Counted from the first letter of the stretch, positions 1 through 10,209 are shown. The stretch: DNA of 64,000 nt from Candidatus Cloacimonadales bacterium (GCA_963674825.1 OY771587.1:192001-256000), one strand, 5' to 3'. Translations and numbers: made by a program. The notes: generated by a model not told the origin, from the sequence alone.

Positions 1-115
1 CATAGCCGTCGATATCCACCCAGTCCGATTGGGTGGTTGGGTTGGTCGAGTCGTCCTCACAGCCTGCCATCATTGCAAGCAGTACAACTATCACAAATAA
101 GCCGATATACTTCAT
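1..115 (-). CDS. Lipoprotein, N-terminal part only (runs off the window)
   Basis: Manual translation from ATG at 115 gives MKYIGLFVIVVLLAMMAGCEDDSTNPT..., with lipobox MAG-C and GAGGGG SD upstream. Confidence 0.75.
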   Translation of the reverse strand, partial: MKYIGLFVIVVLLAMMAGCEDDSTNPTTQSDWVDIDGY

Positions 116-167
116 GTCGTCCCCTCTATATTCGTGTGCTCAATAGATATCAGGAAAATATATGTAC

Positions 168-2183
168 TTAATACGCTATACGTTTCATTACCGCGCCGGA
201 TTTGTCAAATAAAACCCATTCGCCGGTTTTTTTGCCATCAACATAAACGCCTTTCGCGTATAATCTACCCATCGAATCGATCAGCGACCACTCACCTTCG
301 CGTTCACCATTGATGTATATTCCCTGCAGAACATTCCCATCCGGTGTACGCTCAATCCAGAAACCTTGCCGAAGCCCGTGCTCGAGATTTCCTTCCGCGA
401 CAGGCTTGTTTGCACTACTGTAGTAGCTCCACTTGCCGTGCTTCTTGCCTGCGACATACATGCCAACCGCATAGTTATTATCCACGTAGGTTTCCAGCCA
501 AATGCCATCTTTCTTGCCTGCCTTGTAGTCACCCTCGGCAACCACCGCTCCCGTTTCATCTAATAACTGCCAATGTCCCACCCGCAGACCGTGAATGATC
601 GAACCTTTTTCCCATAGGTTTCGAGTCTTATCGAATCGCAGAAATTCACCGTCCGGCTTACCAGTATCGTACTTCTGCATGATCATCTGCGGTTCGAATG
701 CCCACCAACCGATGCGGAGGCTATCATAAACCACACCTGTCTCGACTGAGCCATCAGCGTTTTCATAACAAGAAAGCCCCATTTGCTTATCATCCAGCCA
801 TAACGCTGTCAGCATTGAATCGGCAATCGCGTCGTATTCTTTCCATACACCATTGCGCTTGCTATTATAGATCTTTCCCTCGCACCATGAGCTGTCGTCA
901 TCCAAGCGATAGTAATAGCCGTAAACCGAACCGAGATCGTATTCAACTTCTGTCCGAACGGTACCATCCTGTAAGTAATAACTTGAAACACCCTGCTTCA
1001 ATCCGTTGCGATATGGGATCTTGCATAGCAATGTACTGTCGGGATAATATATGCTGGATTCACCTTCCAGAATGGAAGCATCATCTTGCAGCGCGATGTC
1101 ATCGAATGGCGTCCACATGCGATAATGATGCACTTCGCGAAGTGAACCTGATTCGTCGTAGATCAGGCTTTCGCCCACTTGCTGACCTTCTTCGAACTCG
1201 CATTGCTTCAGCAAGATTCCGTTTCGATTATACCAACGCCAGATACCCTGCCGGAGTCCTCCCCAGATGATACCTTCGCAATAGGAGCCATCAGACTGGT
1301 AATCGACCCACTGTCCACGCGGAACGCCTCGCTTGTACTCATGGAGCCAGATCAGTTTCCCGTTAGCATCACGAGCCATCCAGTTACCTTCACGGACGTC
1401 GTTGATATATTTTCCTCTAATGGTCGTATCATCATGCTGATATAAACGCCACACACCGTCTCGCCGGCCATGAAGATAGTCTCCCTCAGCGACCATGAAA
1501 TCGGTAGAATCCCATTCAGTCCAATAGCCCGTGCGAAGATCATTGTCGTACTCGCCCTCATCGCGGTTGCCCAGTTCGTCCCATTCCTTCCAGATGCCTT
1601 GCTTTCGCTCAAGACGGATCACACCTTCAGAGCGTTTCTTGCCGTCTGGATACCACATGATCCACTTTCCGTCGGCGAAGTTGTTTTTATATGCGCCCTT
1701 ACCTTCTGGTGTCCCGTCCGGGTACCACTTCTGCCAATCGCCGTTGAGTTTGCCATCGATATAAAAGCCCTCGCTGCTCTTGTTGCCATTATCGTGCCAG
1801 GTGATCCATACGCCATTCTGTTTGCCACCACGGAAAGCTCCCTGAGCTTGCTTCATCCCATTTTCATGGAAGAGTGTGACGGTCGTATCGGCAAAGGCAT
1901 CAGGGTCGATCGATTCAAGGCGGGTTTTCATGCGGAGGGTACCGTTGCGATAATAGTCGCTGACCAAGCCCTTCGGCTTGCCGTTCTCGTAATCCAGTAC
2001 GCGGTAGAAAACGCAATCTTCTTCGTGGCGTACTGGCTTCCAGTAGCGATCGAACATCTGCACCCAGCGACCAGTGCGTTTTCCACTGTCGTCCAATTTA
2101 TTGGGTGCGTCGGGGATCTCGGCAAATAGCTGGAAAACGGTGCAAAGCAGCAGAGCTGCGAGAAGAGGCACGCTATATCTCAT
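168..2183 (-). CDS. Secreted MORN-variant repeat protein (YwqK-like repeats)
   Basis: Signal peptide, then many 'G.W..(W/Y)..(D/N)G....EG.Y..G' repeats over 671 aa. Confidence 0.85.
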   Translation of the reverse strand: MRYSVPLLAALLLCTVFQLFAEIPDAPNKLDDSGKRTGRWVQMFDRYWKPVRHEEDCVFYRVLDYENGKPKGLVSDYYRNGTLRMKTRLESIDPDAFADTTVTLFHENGMKQAQGAFRGGKQNGVWITWHDNGNKSSEGFYIDGKLNGDWQKWYPDGTPEGKGAYKNNFADGKWIMWYPDGKKRSEGVIRLERKQGIWKEWDELGNRDEGEYDNDLRTGYWTEWDSTDFMVAEGDYLHGRRDGVWRLYQHDDTTIRGKYINDVREGNWMARDANGKLIWLHEYKRGVPRGQWVDYQSDGSYCEGIIWGGLRQGIWRWYNRNGILLKQCEFEEGQQVGESLIYDESGSLREVHHYRMWTPFDDIALQDDASILEGESSIYYPDSTLLCKIPYRNGLKQGVSSYYLQDGTVRTEVEYDLGSVYGYYYRLDDDSSWCEGKIYNSKRNGVWKEYDAIADSMLTALWLDDKQMGLSCYENADGSVETGVVYDSLRIGWWAFEPQMIMQKYDTGKPDGEFLRFDKTRNLWEKGSIIHGLRVGHWQLLDETGAVVAEGDYKAGKKDGIWLETYVDNNYAVGMYVAGKKHGKWSYYSSANKPVAEGNLEHGLRQGFWIERTPDGNVLQGIYINGEREGEWSLIDSMGRLYAKGVYVDGKKTGEWVLFDKSGAVMKRIAY

Positions 2184-2190
2184 GAGTGGT

Positions 2191-2763
2191 TCAGAAGGCC
2201 AGTCCAGCGGTTATCTGCAGACCTGCGATATCAATGTTCTCTGCATCATTCCAATAGTGGACGTTTTCGTTGTAATAGAAACGGGTGAACATGTATTTGG
2301 CCTGCACACGTAAAATGGATGTCTGGAATCCTAACACGAAATGGAAGCCGATCGTGTTGCTGGTGGCAGTGCTGCTACCTTCAGAGTTACCGCCCTTCCA
2401 GACGGCATGCTCTCGCTGGAAATAATAACCCGAGCCCATACCGGAATACACGAAAGAACCACCGAGATACGAACGCACAAGGATGGTTGTGGTCAGTGGA
2501 ATCAATCTGTACTCGTAGTCGATTACACCGAAATTTTCGTCGCGATACTTCGAATTCTCCGCGAAAATATAATCAATGCATATTTCAGTTCCATACCCGT
2601 TTTCGCCCCAGTTGCGTACTTCCATTCCTGCCGAAAAGACGTCGTCGTATGCATTGTCGAAATGGTGCTGCGGGAGCATATAGCCCACGTGGAAGCCGAC
2701 CAGGCCATGCAGCGCGGTAAGAAATCCGAGAGTGAACACAAGGAAAACAATCCGCATCTTCAT
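2191..2763 (-). CDS. Small outer-membrane beta-barrel protein
   Basis: Signal peptide, alternating aromatic/Gly strands, C-terminal Phe (GLQITAGLAF). Confidence 0.7.
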   Translation of the reverse strand: MKMRIVFLVFTLGFLTALHGLVGFHVGYMLPQHHFDNAYDDVFSAGMEVRNWGENGYGTEICIDYIFAENSKYRDENFGVIDYEYRLIPLTTTILVRSYLGGSFVYSGMGSGYYFQREHAVWKGGNSEGSSTATSNTIGFHFVLGFQTSILRVQAKYMFTRFYYNENVHYWNDAENIDIAGLQITAGLAF

Positions 2764-3377
2764 ATCATATCCTCAAGCGATTTCGGTTCTTCGGACTTAT
2801 CAACTGGAACATCCGTTACGGGGTGAATCATTATCGATTCCGAGAGGATGCGCCATCCGTAAGGTGTTTGGATAACCTTATCTATGGAGAGCAGGTATTT
2901 TTTGCTCTCACAGGCTAGACGGATATTCAGCTTATAGATGGGCTGATGATCAAAATCCTCTTCTGTAAATAGCGACTCGACTTTTAATACTGTGGCGGCA
3001 TGCCAGTCGATCCCAAGCTTGTTCTGCCCCAAATTGAGAAGCGTCCAGAACTCTGTCTCAAAAGTTTCGTCTAGGTGTTTTACGTACTGCTGAAGTACTA
3101 CAACCTGCTCATCGTACTCTCTCTTCTCGCTGCGGTTGAGATTGCGATAGTGCTCATCAAGCTTACGCTGCATTATGATGCGATGCAACTCGATATCGGA
3201 GAGCAGATTGCCTTTCATCGCGGTGTAGTCACTCGTAGCCAGCGCACTCAAGATCGATTCTGCTAGCTCATCGGCCGTGATATTACGCGGCTCCAGGTTT
3301 GCATCCCGTTGCACGCAACCAGCTATAAGAAGGACTAATAAAAGTATGTTCAGATAGATTGTTTTTTGCATAGTCAC
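2760..3377 (-). CDS. Lipoprotein of unknown function
   Basis: Lipobox LIAG-C; ATGA overlaps with both neighbours. Confidence 0.75.
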   Translation of the reverse strand: MTMQKTIYLNILLLVLLIAGCVQRDANLEPRNITADELAESILSALATSDYTAMKGNLLSDIELHRIIMQRKLDEHYRNLNRSEKREYDEQVVVLQQYVKHLDETFETEFWTLLNLGQNKLGIDWHAATVLKVESLFTEEDFDHQPIYKLNIRLACESKKYLLSIDKVIQTPYGWRILSESIMIHPVTDVPVDKSEEPKSLEDMI

Positions 3378-3748
3378 TCTTTCATTTGCCTTTGAAAATA
3401 GTATTTCTCACCCATCGAATTGGTGATTTCCATCTCGTCGCGACGCAAGAAAAGATAGTCCATCTGCTCCGTTGGTTTTTCCTTGGGATTGAAAATGATC
3501 GATTTGTGGTCGAATCGATAGATTCCGGTATTCTCTTCTCGCATGATCGTACCTTCCGCTTCCGACTGCACCAGCATGGTGTAAGTACCGTCTTCGCGGA
3601 GATCAAACCGGATCAGGTCGCCGTTCTGGCGTGGGCTCTCCCATACCCAGACACCGTAGATAGGGCGTTCCGATATTGCGGGAGGTTCCTTCGCACATGC
3701 GGCAAAAAGAATCAGTGTAAGTAACATCAGAGAAATGTGAAGCTTCAT
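3374..3748 (-). CDS. Small lipoprotein, lipocalin-like beta fold
   Basis: Lipobox FAA-C, GxW motif (YGVWVW), 'F...DGTY' and 'G.Y' pattern. Confidence 0.7.
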   Translation of the reverse strand: MKLHISLMLLTLILFAACAKEPPAISERPIYGVWVWESPRQNGDLIRFDLREDGTYTMLVQSEAEGTIMREENTGIYRFDHKSIIFNPKEKPTEQMDYLFLRRDEMEITNSMGEKYYFQRQMKE

Positions 3749-4206
3749 CGTGCCTTTCCAACCACTCCTTTTGCCCAGTCGATCACCTCCGAGGGATCTT
3801 TCATCGGAGTCTTGACGCTGATTGTGTCCAGAATACGGGCATTGGGGAAATTTCGCTGCATCTGCTCAAGCGATTTACCGGGATCGTTGCCACAAGTACA
3901 GAACAGTGCTACATTTCTACCAGCCAGAGGAAACGAATTCGCCAGAGAATTCATCCACGGCGCTGCATGACCGACCCAAACCGGACAGCCAACAAAGATC
4001 AGGTCATATTCAGCCGGTTCCACATTGAGCGGATCAATCTTTGGACTTGCTTTAAATACAGCCTGGAAAGCTCCGATAGGCAGGATGACTTTCTTATTGC
4101 CTATGGGCTGAATCCTTACGATATCAGCATTTACAGTAGAACCAATTGTATTGGCAACCGCTTCCGTGTTGCCGCCAACCGAGAAGTATAGAACAAGTGA
4201 TTTCAT
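3745..4206 (-). CDS. Flavodoxin-family protein
   Basis: YFSVGGNTE FMN loop, YDLIFVGCPVW, VALFCTCG; start reassigned to ATG 4206 after AAGGAGG. Confidence 0.85.
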   Translation of the reverse strand: MKSLVLYFSVGGNTEAVANTIGSTVNADIVRIQPIGNKKVILPIGAFQAVFKASPKIDPLNVEPAEYDLIFVGCPVWVGHAAPWMNSLANSFPLAGRNVALFCTCGNDPGKSLEQMQRNFPNARILDTISVKTPMKDPSEVIDWAKGVVGKAR

Positions 4207-4469
4207 GCTCAACCTCCTTGATAGCCGCAATTTATGAGCTATACAAATGTTGTCAATCAAAGAGTAGTACGAATGCGCTCGAAATCAGCGGTCCCCGTCG
4301 AACCTCGCTTTGTAACGGAATTTGCTTTGGCGCTGAAACCAGAACGCATCTTGCATCGAATCAGATTTTCTCCGCATGAGGATATCGAGCCATGGATGAG
4401 GCAAATTCCTTTCCAAAGCGGTTTCTCCGATCCCACCCACCCGCTGTACGAGCGCATCCTCCCGGGTGA

Positions 4470-4496
4470 TTAGCAGTCTTTGCGCATGAGTGCTAA
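4470..4496 (+). promoter_or_regulatory. CIRCE operator (HrcA site)
   Basis: TTAGCAGTC-N9-GAGTGCTAA, one mismatch to TTAGCACTC-N9-GAGTGCTAA, directly upstream of two Hsp20 genes. Confidence 0.85.
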
Positions 4497-4504
4497 AAAA
4501 ATAT

Positions 4505-4533
4505 TTGACATCCATAGCGCCTTCGAATAATTT
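4505..4533 (+). promoter_or_regulatory. Sigma70-type promoter for hsp20 pair
   Basis: TTGACA-17 nt-TAATTT. Confidence 0.55.
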
Positions 4534-4579
4534 ATCCATAAACGATCAACATCCGGTTCGCCGGATAAGGAGGAAAACG

Positions 4580-5011
4580 ATGATACTCATACCGAAAAAG
4601 GTTATGACAGAACGAGATCCGATTTCGATGCTGCCCTTGTACGACCGGTATGCCAGAGGGTTTTTCAACGAACTGAATCCAGAAAAGAATTCCCGCACGC
4701 TGCCCATGGACATCATCGAACGTGACGACAGCTATGTGATCATGGCAAACCTGCCTGGGTTCGACAAGCAGGAGGTCAAACTGACCACCCGTAAAGACCA
4801 CCTCATCATCGAGGCGAAGATAGCTGAGCAGGAAAAAGCCGACGACATGAAAGTGCGCTATTCGGAGCGCTTCAACGGAAGCTATTCCCGCGCCGTGCAC
4901 CTGCCCGAAACCATTGATCGCGAGAATATCAAGGCATCCATGGAAGACGGCGTTTTGATGATCAACATACCCAAGAACAGCAATAACAAGAAAGAAATCG
5001 TGGTGGAATAA
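4580..5011 (+). CDS. Hsp20/alpha-crystallin small heat-shock protein
   Basis: PMDIIE..YVIMANLPG..ERFNGSYSRAVHLP..ASMEDGVLMINIPK; AGGAGG SD before ATG 4580. Confidence 0.92.
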   Translation: MILIPKKVMTERDPISMLPLYDRYARGFFNELNPEKNSRTLPMDIIERDDSYVIMANLPGFDKQEVKLTTRKDHLIIEAKIAEQEKADDMKVRYSERFNGSYSRAVHLPETIDRENIKASMEDGVLMINIPKNSNNKKEIVVE

Positions 5012-5024
5012 AAAGGAGGACGCG

Positions 5025-5432
5025 ATGAGACTCTTACGAAGAGACAGTGACTGGTCGCTTTTCGACGACTTTCTCAACAGCTTCACCAACGACCGGATAT
5101 CTCACGACAGCCGACTCATGGCAGTGGATGTTCTGGAAAATGACGAGCGATTCCTGATTAAGGCGAACCTGCCCGGTGTGAAGCGCGAAAATTTGAAGAT
5201 CACCATCAAGGCAAACGAGCTCTTGCTCGAGTCATGTCCTGATGCGGCCCAGACCGAGGACAAGCAGATCGTTCACATGAAAGAACGCTACGACGGCTGC
5301 TACCAACGCGTGATCAAGCTGCCGGAGAATTGCGACGCGGACGCGATCAAGGCCAACCTCAAGAACGGCGTCCTGACGATCAGCATCCCGAAAGCCGAAC
5401 CGAAGCCCGATAAGACCATTACCATCGAGTAA
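5025..5432 (+). CDS. Hsp20/alpha-crystallin small heat-shock protein
   Basis: VDVLE..ANLPG..ERYDGCYQRVIKLP..ANLKNGVLTISIPK. Confidence 0.92.
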   Translation: MRLLRRDSDWSLFDDFLNSFTNDRISHDSRLMAVDVLENDERFLIKANLPGVKRENLKITIKANELLLESCPDAAQTEDKQIVHMKERYDGCYQRVIKLPENCDADAIKANLKNGVLTISIPKAEPKPDKTITIE

Positions 5433-5466
5433 CCCAGCCGGCATCGTCCGGTGACGAAATAGATAC

Positions 5467-5496
5467 AAGCCACCTTCATCCGAGGGTGGCTTTTTT
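5467..5496 (+). terminator. Intrinsic terminator after hsp20 pair
   Basis: AAGCCACC(T)...(A/G)GGTGGCTT stem followed by T run. Confidence 0.8.
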
Positions 5497-5810
5497 CCTG
5501 GGTACGCAGAGCTCCAGCTCTGCATCTCCTTGCTCTCATGGATCGCCAAGCCCCAGCTTGGCATCCCTATTTCTTCCTCAATAATCCACAATCCATGAAA
5601 TCAACATTTGGAAGATGATTTCATGGGAAACGGGCAATCACAGTGGATTGCCCCGACAGCTCTCCCTGGGTACGCAGAGCTCCAGCTCTGCATTCTCTTT
5701 TCCCTTACCCTCACCCCGACCCTCTCCCACAAGTGGGCGAGGGAGCTAGGAGGAATCGCCATTCTGCGTGTACCCTCTTCCCGCTTGCGGGAGAGGGACA
5801 GGGTGAGGGT
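5497..5810. repeat. Cluster of REP-like palindromic elements
   Basis: CCTGGGTACGCAGAGCTCCAGCTCTGCA at 5497 and 5665; GGGCAATC-ACAGTG-GATTGCCC at 5632; ACCCTCACCC...GGGTGAGGGT composite inverted repeat at 5707-5810. Confidence 0.75.
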
Positions 5811-5812
5811 TT

Positions 5813-7432
5813 CTATTTCAATAACGTCACCTTCTGTGTTCTGAGCGTCTTATCTCCTGCATTCAGTTTACAGAAGTAAATGCCGCTCGAAAAGTCTTCG
5901 GCGTTCCAGGAGATGGATGAGGGAAACCCCCTTTTATTCCCCCTTATCAGGGGGATAGGGACTGAGTCCACCTTTTGCCCTCGTATATTATAGATTTCTA
6001 TCGTCAAATCGTGGTATTCGGTATCCGTCTTGATCTCGAACGACACCTCCGGATTAAACGGATTCGGATAGGCATTGAATGTGATATCCGCTGGTGGCAC
6101 TGTTTCGTCATCGACCGGATCGGGGTCCAGTTCTTCCAAATCCTCGTGTCCACCATATACATAGACATCACCCCAGTTGTTCGGATAGGTTGAGCTTTCT
6201 CCATAAGCGCCTACAGCGATATCGTCATAACCATCGTTGTTAAAATCACCTACGGCATTGCATGCTCCATATCCGTAATGACCATTTTGTTCATCGTAGT
6301 CTTTGGTTCCATTCTGATTGCCTATATAAAAATACAGGAAACCACAATAGCCAACCATGCTGTAGCTATCAACTAGATCCGTTTTCCCATCTCCATTCAA
6401 ATCTCCACTATGTGGATGAAAACCATTGTAATTATCGATATACGTGTATCGATCCCAGTCGATGGTCTCGCCTCCGCGCCATAATCGGCAGCCTAAGGCT
6501 TCATTTTCCTCACTTACATCGCAGCCTGTAAAAGCAAAATCATCGTAACCATCACCATCCCAGTCACCTGCCGGCATTAACTCGAACCAACTGTTAATAT
6601 TGATCTGGTAGTTAAAAGCTGCATCCGGGATTGAATCTTGAACCGTATTGCCCCAGAAAAAACGATTATAATGGAAAAAGGTAACCGTTTCATCCGGTTG
6701 CTGTACCGGTTGTCCCTCATAATAGTAACTGAAGTCGTCATAGCCGTCGTTATTTACATCTCCCAATCCTCGGAATCCACGCCCGTTGCGTGTATAAATA
6801 CCATCAGCAAAAACCACTTTCTCAAAGCTACCACCGTAGATGATCGAGTAGGTAAGCCAGCCTGGATAATCATATTCAGTTACACCCGCGTCGTCGTACC
6901 CGTCGCCGTTGATATCGCCGAGAGGGTGGATTTCACAGGTTGATGAATTAGTCTGAAAGGAATAATCTTGAATTGTATCGTTTATGGTACTGCCTAAAAG
7001 AATTCCGATAAAATTATTAAAAGTGTAATTCCCATCATTCGTGCCATATGCATGGCGAAATCCCAATTCATCGCAATTATCACCGTTCATATCACCAAGA
7101 TTATCCAGAAATATCCATGAATCAATGTATGTTTTACTTGTATCAATGGGGGTGGAGATTGTGATATCTGAAGTATCTGCCAAACCGTCATTAGAGCCGA
7201 AATAAATATATAATCGCCCCCGCTGATTCGTATGCTCCTCATCGATGTGGTAACGGTAAGCTGTCACTGCCAGATCGTCAATGTTGTCACCGTTGAAATC
7301 AAGAGCTACGACATTCATTCCAAAATTGTCGTTGGCTTGTTCGCCGTGTTGTTCCCATACCACTTCGAGTTCGTTGTCGGCGTATAGAAGCGCGCTAACG
7401 GTGAGCAAGATGGATATAATGAGGTATCTCAT
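5813..7432 (-). CDS. Secreted FG-GAP/integrin-alpha-like repeat protein with T9SS-like C-terminal domain
   Basis: Signal peptide, repeated GD(F/I/V)N(G/N)DG(Y)DD motifs, C-terminal YPNPFNP...YNIRGQKV...KVTLLK. Confidence 0.88.
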   Translation of the reverse strand: MRYLIISILLTVSALLYADNELEVVWEQHGEQANDNFGMNVVALDFNGDNIDDLAVTAYRYHIDEEHTNQRGRLYIYFGSNDGLADTSDITISTPIDTSKTYIDSWIFLDNLGDMNGDNCDELGFRHAYGTNDGNYTFNNFIGILLGSTINDTIQDYSFQTNSSTCEIHPLGDINGDGYDDAGVTEYDYPGWLTYSIIYGGSFEKVVFADGIYTRNGRGFRGLGDVNNDGYDDFSYYYEGQPVQQPDETVTFFHYNRFFWGNTVQDSIPDAAFNYQININSWFELMPAGDWDGDGYDDFAFTGCDVSEENEALGCRLWRGGETIDWDRYTYIDNYNGFHPHSGDLNGDGKTDLVDSYSMVGYCGFLYFYIGNQNGTKDYDEQNGHYGYGACNAVGDFNNDGYDDIAVGAYGESSTYPNNWGDVYVYGGHEDLEELDPDPVDDETVPPADITFNAYPNPFNPEVSFEIKTDTEYHDLTIEIYNIRGQKVDSVPIPLIRGNKRGFPSSISWNAEDFSSGIYFCKLNAGDKTLRTQKVTLLK

Positions 7433-8285
7433 GGTACCCTCCCTATAATCAATTAAATTCTATGTAGATTTAATGCACATTTTGTTCCCATTACTTCAAC
7501 AACGTAACCTTCCTTAGACTAAGCTCTTTGCCCTGAGCCGACAGCTTGCAGGAATATACTCCGCTTGCTTTGTTTATCGGCTTCCAGACTATGGTCTCAC
7601 CGGCATGATCGACCGCAATCGTTTTCACCTTTTGCCCTCGTATATTATAAATTTCTATCTTCAAATCATGATATTTCCTATCTGTCACGATTTCAAACGA
7701 TATCTCTGGATTGAACGGATTCGGGTAGGCATTGAATGTGATATCCGCTGGTGGCACTGTTTCGTCATCGACCGGATCGGGGTCCAGTTCTTCCAAATCC
7801 TCGTGTCCACCATATACATAGACATCCCCCCAGTTGTTCGGATAGGTTGAGCTTTCTCCATAAGCGCCTACAGCGATATCGTCATAACCATCGTTGTTAA
7901 AATCACCTACGGCATTGCATGCTCCATATCCGTAATGACCATTTTGTTCATCGTAGTCTTTGGTTCCATTCTGATTGCCTATATAAAAATACAGGAAACC
8001 ACAATAGCCAACCATGCTGTAGCTATCAACTAGATCCGTTTTCCCATCTCCATTCAAATCTCCACTATGTGGATGAAAACCATTGTAATTATCGATATAC
8101 GTGTATCGATCCCAGTCGATGGTCTCGCCTCCGCGCCATAATCGGCAGCCTAAGGCTTCATTTTCCTCACTTACATCGCAGCCTGTAAAAGCAAAATCAT
8201 CGTAACCATCACCATCCCAGTCACCTGCCGGCATTAACTCGAACCAACTGTTAACATTGATCTGGTAGTTAAAAGCTGCATCCGG
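6071..8285. repeat. Near-identical ~560-bp direct repeat (6071-6628 and 7728-8285) inside the two FG-GAP genes
   Basis: Offset 1657; antisense ORFs 6262-6531 and 7919-8188 translate identically; only two mismatches seen by eye. Confidence 0.9.
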
Positions 8286-9097
8286 AATGGTGTCCTGTAC
8301 CGTTCCACCCCAGAAAAAGCGGTTATGATGAAAAAATGTGAATGTCTCATCAGGATTCTCGATTGCATCACTTTCGTAATAATAAGTAAAATCGTCATAG
8401 CCATCATTGTTCACATCTCCCAGTCCGCGGAAGCCGCGTCCGTTACGAGTGTAGATACTATCAACGAACACAACCTTCTCGAAGCTGCCGCCGTAGATAA
8501 TGGAATAGGTGAGGTAGTCGCTTCTTTCTTCCGTTACGCCTGCGTCGTCGTACCCGTCACCGTTGATATCGCCGAGAGGGTGGATTTCTATGTCATAATA
8601 GGGCGCACTGGAAATAAAGTTATAATCAGGGATTGTATCCATTACTGTGTTTCCCAACAGAATACTTATATAATTGTGATAAATGTAGCTTCCAGAGCCA
8701 TCTGGAATTCTATCACGTTTTAAAAATCCAATTTCATCGCAATTATCACCATTCATATCTCCGATGTTTTCAAGAACAATCCATGAAAAGTTCCAATTCA
8801 ATGTTGTGTCAATAACAGTTGTAGCTGTATATCCGGTTCCGCCGGTAATCCTTCTTCTGAACCCATATATATATATATCTTTCCTCTTTGGTTAGTTAAA
8901 TCAGGATTATTTGTATATCTCCACGCATTCACAGCAAGATCATCAATGTTGTCGCCATTAAAGTCCAGTGAGATTATATTTCTACCGAAATTATCGTTTG
9001 CTTGTTCACCGTGTTGCTGCCATACAATATCGAGCTGGTTGTTGGCAAATAAAAAAACGCTAATAGTGAGTAAGATGGCTATACAAAGGTATCGCAT
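7491..9097 (-). pseudogene. Frameshifted paralogue of the FG-GAP/CTD protein
   Basis: ORFs 8798-9097 and 7491-8801 together align end to end with 5813-7432; adding one base near 8828 restores ...EPDITATTVIDTTLNWNFSW...; could be a sequencing error. Confidence 0.75.
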
Positions 9098-9264
9098 GGT
9101 ACCCTCCCATACTAACTGAATCCATTTGTGAAGAATTTTACGATTCTGTAAAAAATGTCAAGTAACTCCACCAGGTTAGAAATACCATTTCCTGCAAAGT
9201 GCTTCCCACATTCTTCACACACTTTTGATTTGACAGAAACCTCCGCCCGCAAGACGCTGCAAGC

Positions 9265-10083
9265 ATGGGAAAGATTGATTATCACATTCATGGAACGTTC
9301 AGCTCGGACAGCCAGATCGAGACGGAAGCCTTGATCCAGCTCGCCATCGAGCGAGGCTATCAGAGCATCGCCATCACCGAGCATTTCGACTTCAAGCCTG
9401 CCGAGATCGCCGAATACGGCGTCCCCGCCTACCTGAAGTACCATCGCCACATGACGCAGCTTCGCGAAAAATACGGTGATCGTATCGACATCGTCATCGG
9501 CGTGGAAGCCGGTGAGTACAACCGCTACGGGGACATCGCGGACGAGGTGTTCCGGTTCGCGCCACCGGAGCTGATTATTGGCTCCATCCACTCCACCAGC
9601 GATATGACCAATTTCTCGCTCCGGCTCAAGTGGGCCATCAACCGCGAAAACCTCATCGAGTACTACAGCGAGAATCTGGACATGGTAAAGCGCTGCAACA
9701 TCGACATCCTCGGTCACCTCGGCATCCATAAGCGCTATATGAAAGAGCTGCCCGATGAATCGTTCTGCATGGAGATCATCGACGAGATTTTTACGACCGT
9801 TATCGATCGAGGCATCATGCTGGAGGTGAATTATTCTCCGCTCCGGCGCGATATGCAGAATATCCTGCCCGAGCCGGCTCTGCTAAAGCGTTTCCGCGAA
9901 CTTGGCGGAGAGCGGATCACCATCGGATCGGACAGCCATAGGTTGCAAGACTTTGATTTGCATAACCTTCAAGTAATTTCGATGTTGGATACACTCGGTT
10001 TTAAATATATATTCTATTTGGAACAGAGCGATTCGCGCTCGGAACGAGGGTGGGTCGGCAAACCTATAAGTGAATTTAGTTAA
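9265..10083 (+). CDS. PHP-family histidinol-phosphatase (HisJ/HisK-like)
   Basis: DYHIHGTFS, IAITEH, GVE, IGSIH, GHL, IGSDSH motifs. Confidence 0.85.
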   Translation: MGKIDYHIHGTFSSDSQIETEALIQLAIERGYQSIAITEHFDFKPAEIAEYGVPAYLKYHRHMTQLREKYGDRIDIVIGVEAGEYNRYGDIADEVFRFAPPELIIGSIHSTSDMTNFSLRLKWAINRENLIEYYSENLDMVKRCNIDILGHLGIHKRYMKELPDESFCMEIIDEIFTTVIDRGIMLEVNYSPLRRDMQNILPEPALLKRFRELGGERITIGSDSHRLQDFDLHNLQVISMLDTLGFKYIFYLEQSDSRSERGWVGKPISEFS

Positions 10084-10209
10084 TTGATATTCAATCAGTT
10101 ACAACATTCTATCAAATGAAGAAAAATAGGTTGACGGTTTTACCGGACTGCCTTTTTTTTGCCTCGTAGCCCCCAAAAGTAAGATAACCTACGATAAAGG
10201 AAGGTAACT

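Noticed and set aside
168..2183. YwqJK-type toxin-antitoxin module
   Set aside because: MORN-variant repeats only; the protein has a signal peptide and no adjacent toxin is recognisable
4234..4539. Short ORFs between the flavodoxin and hsp20 genes
   Set aside because: Overlapping ORFs on both strands with no motif or SD; they cross the CIRCE/promoter
5497..5810. CRISPR array
   Set aside because: Only two copies of the 28-bp repeat, 140 nt apart, mixed with other hairpins; no cas genes
8864..8878. (TA)n tract as a phase-variation switch for the frameshifted FG-GAP gene
   Set aside because: The tract encodes KIYIYM in frame, matching RLYIYF in the paralogue; the frame breaks about 35 nt further on
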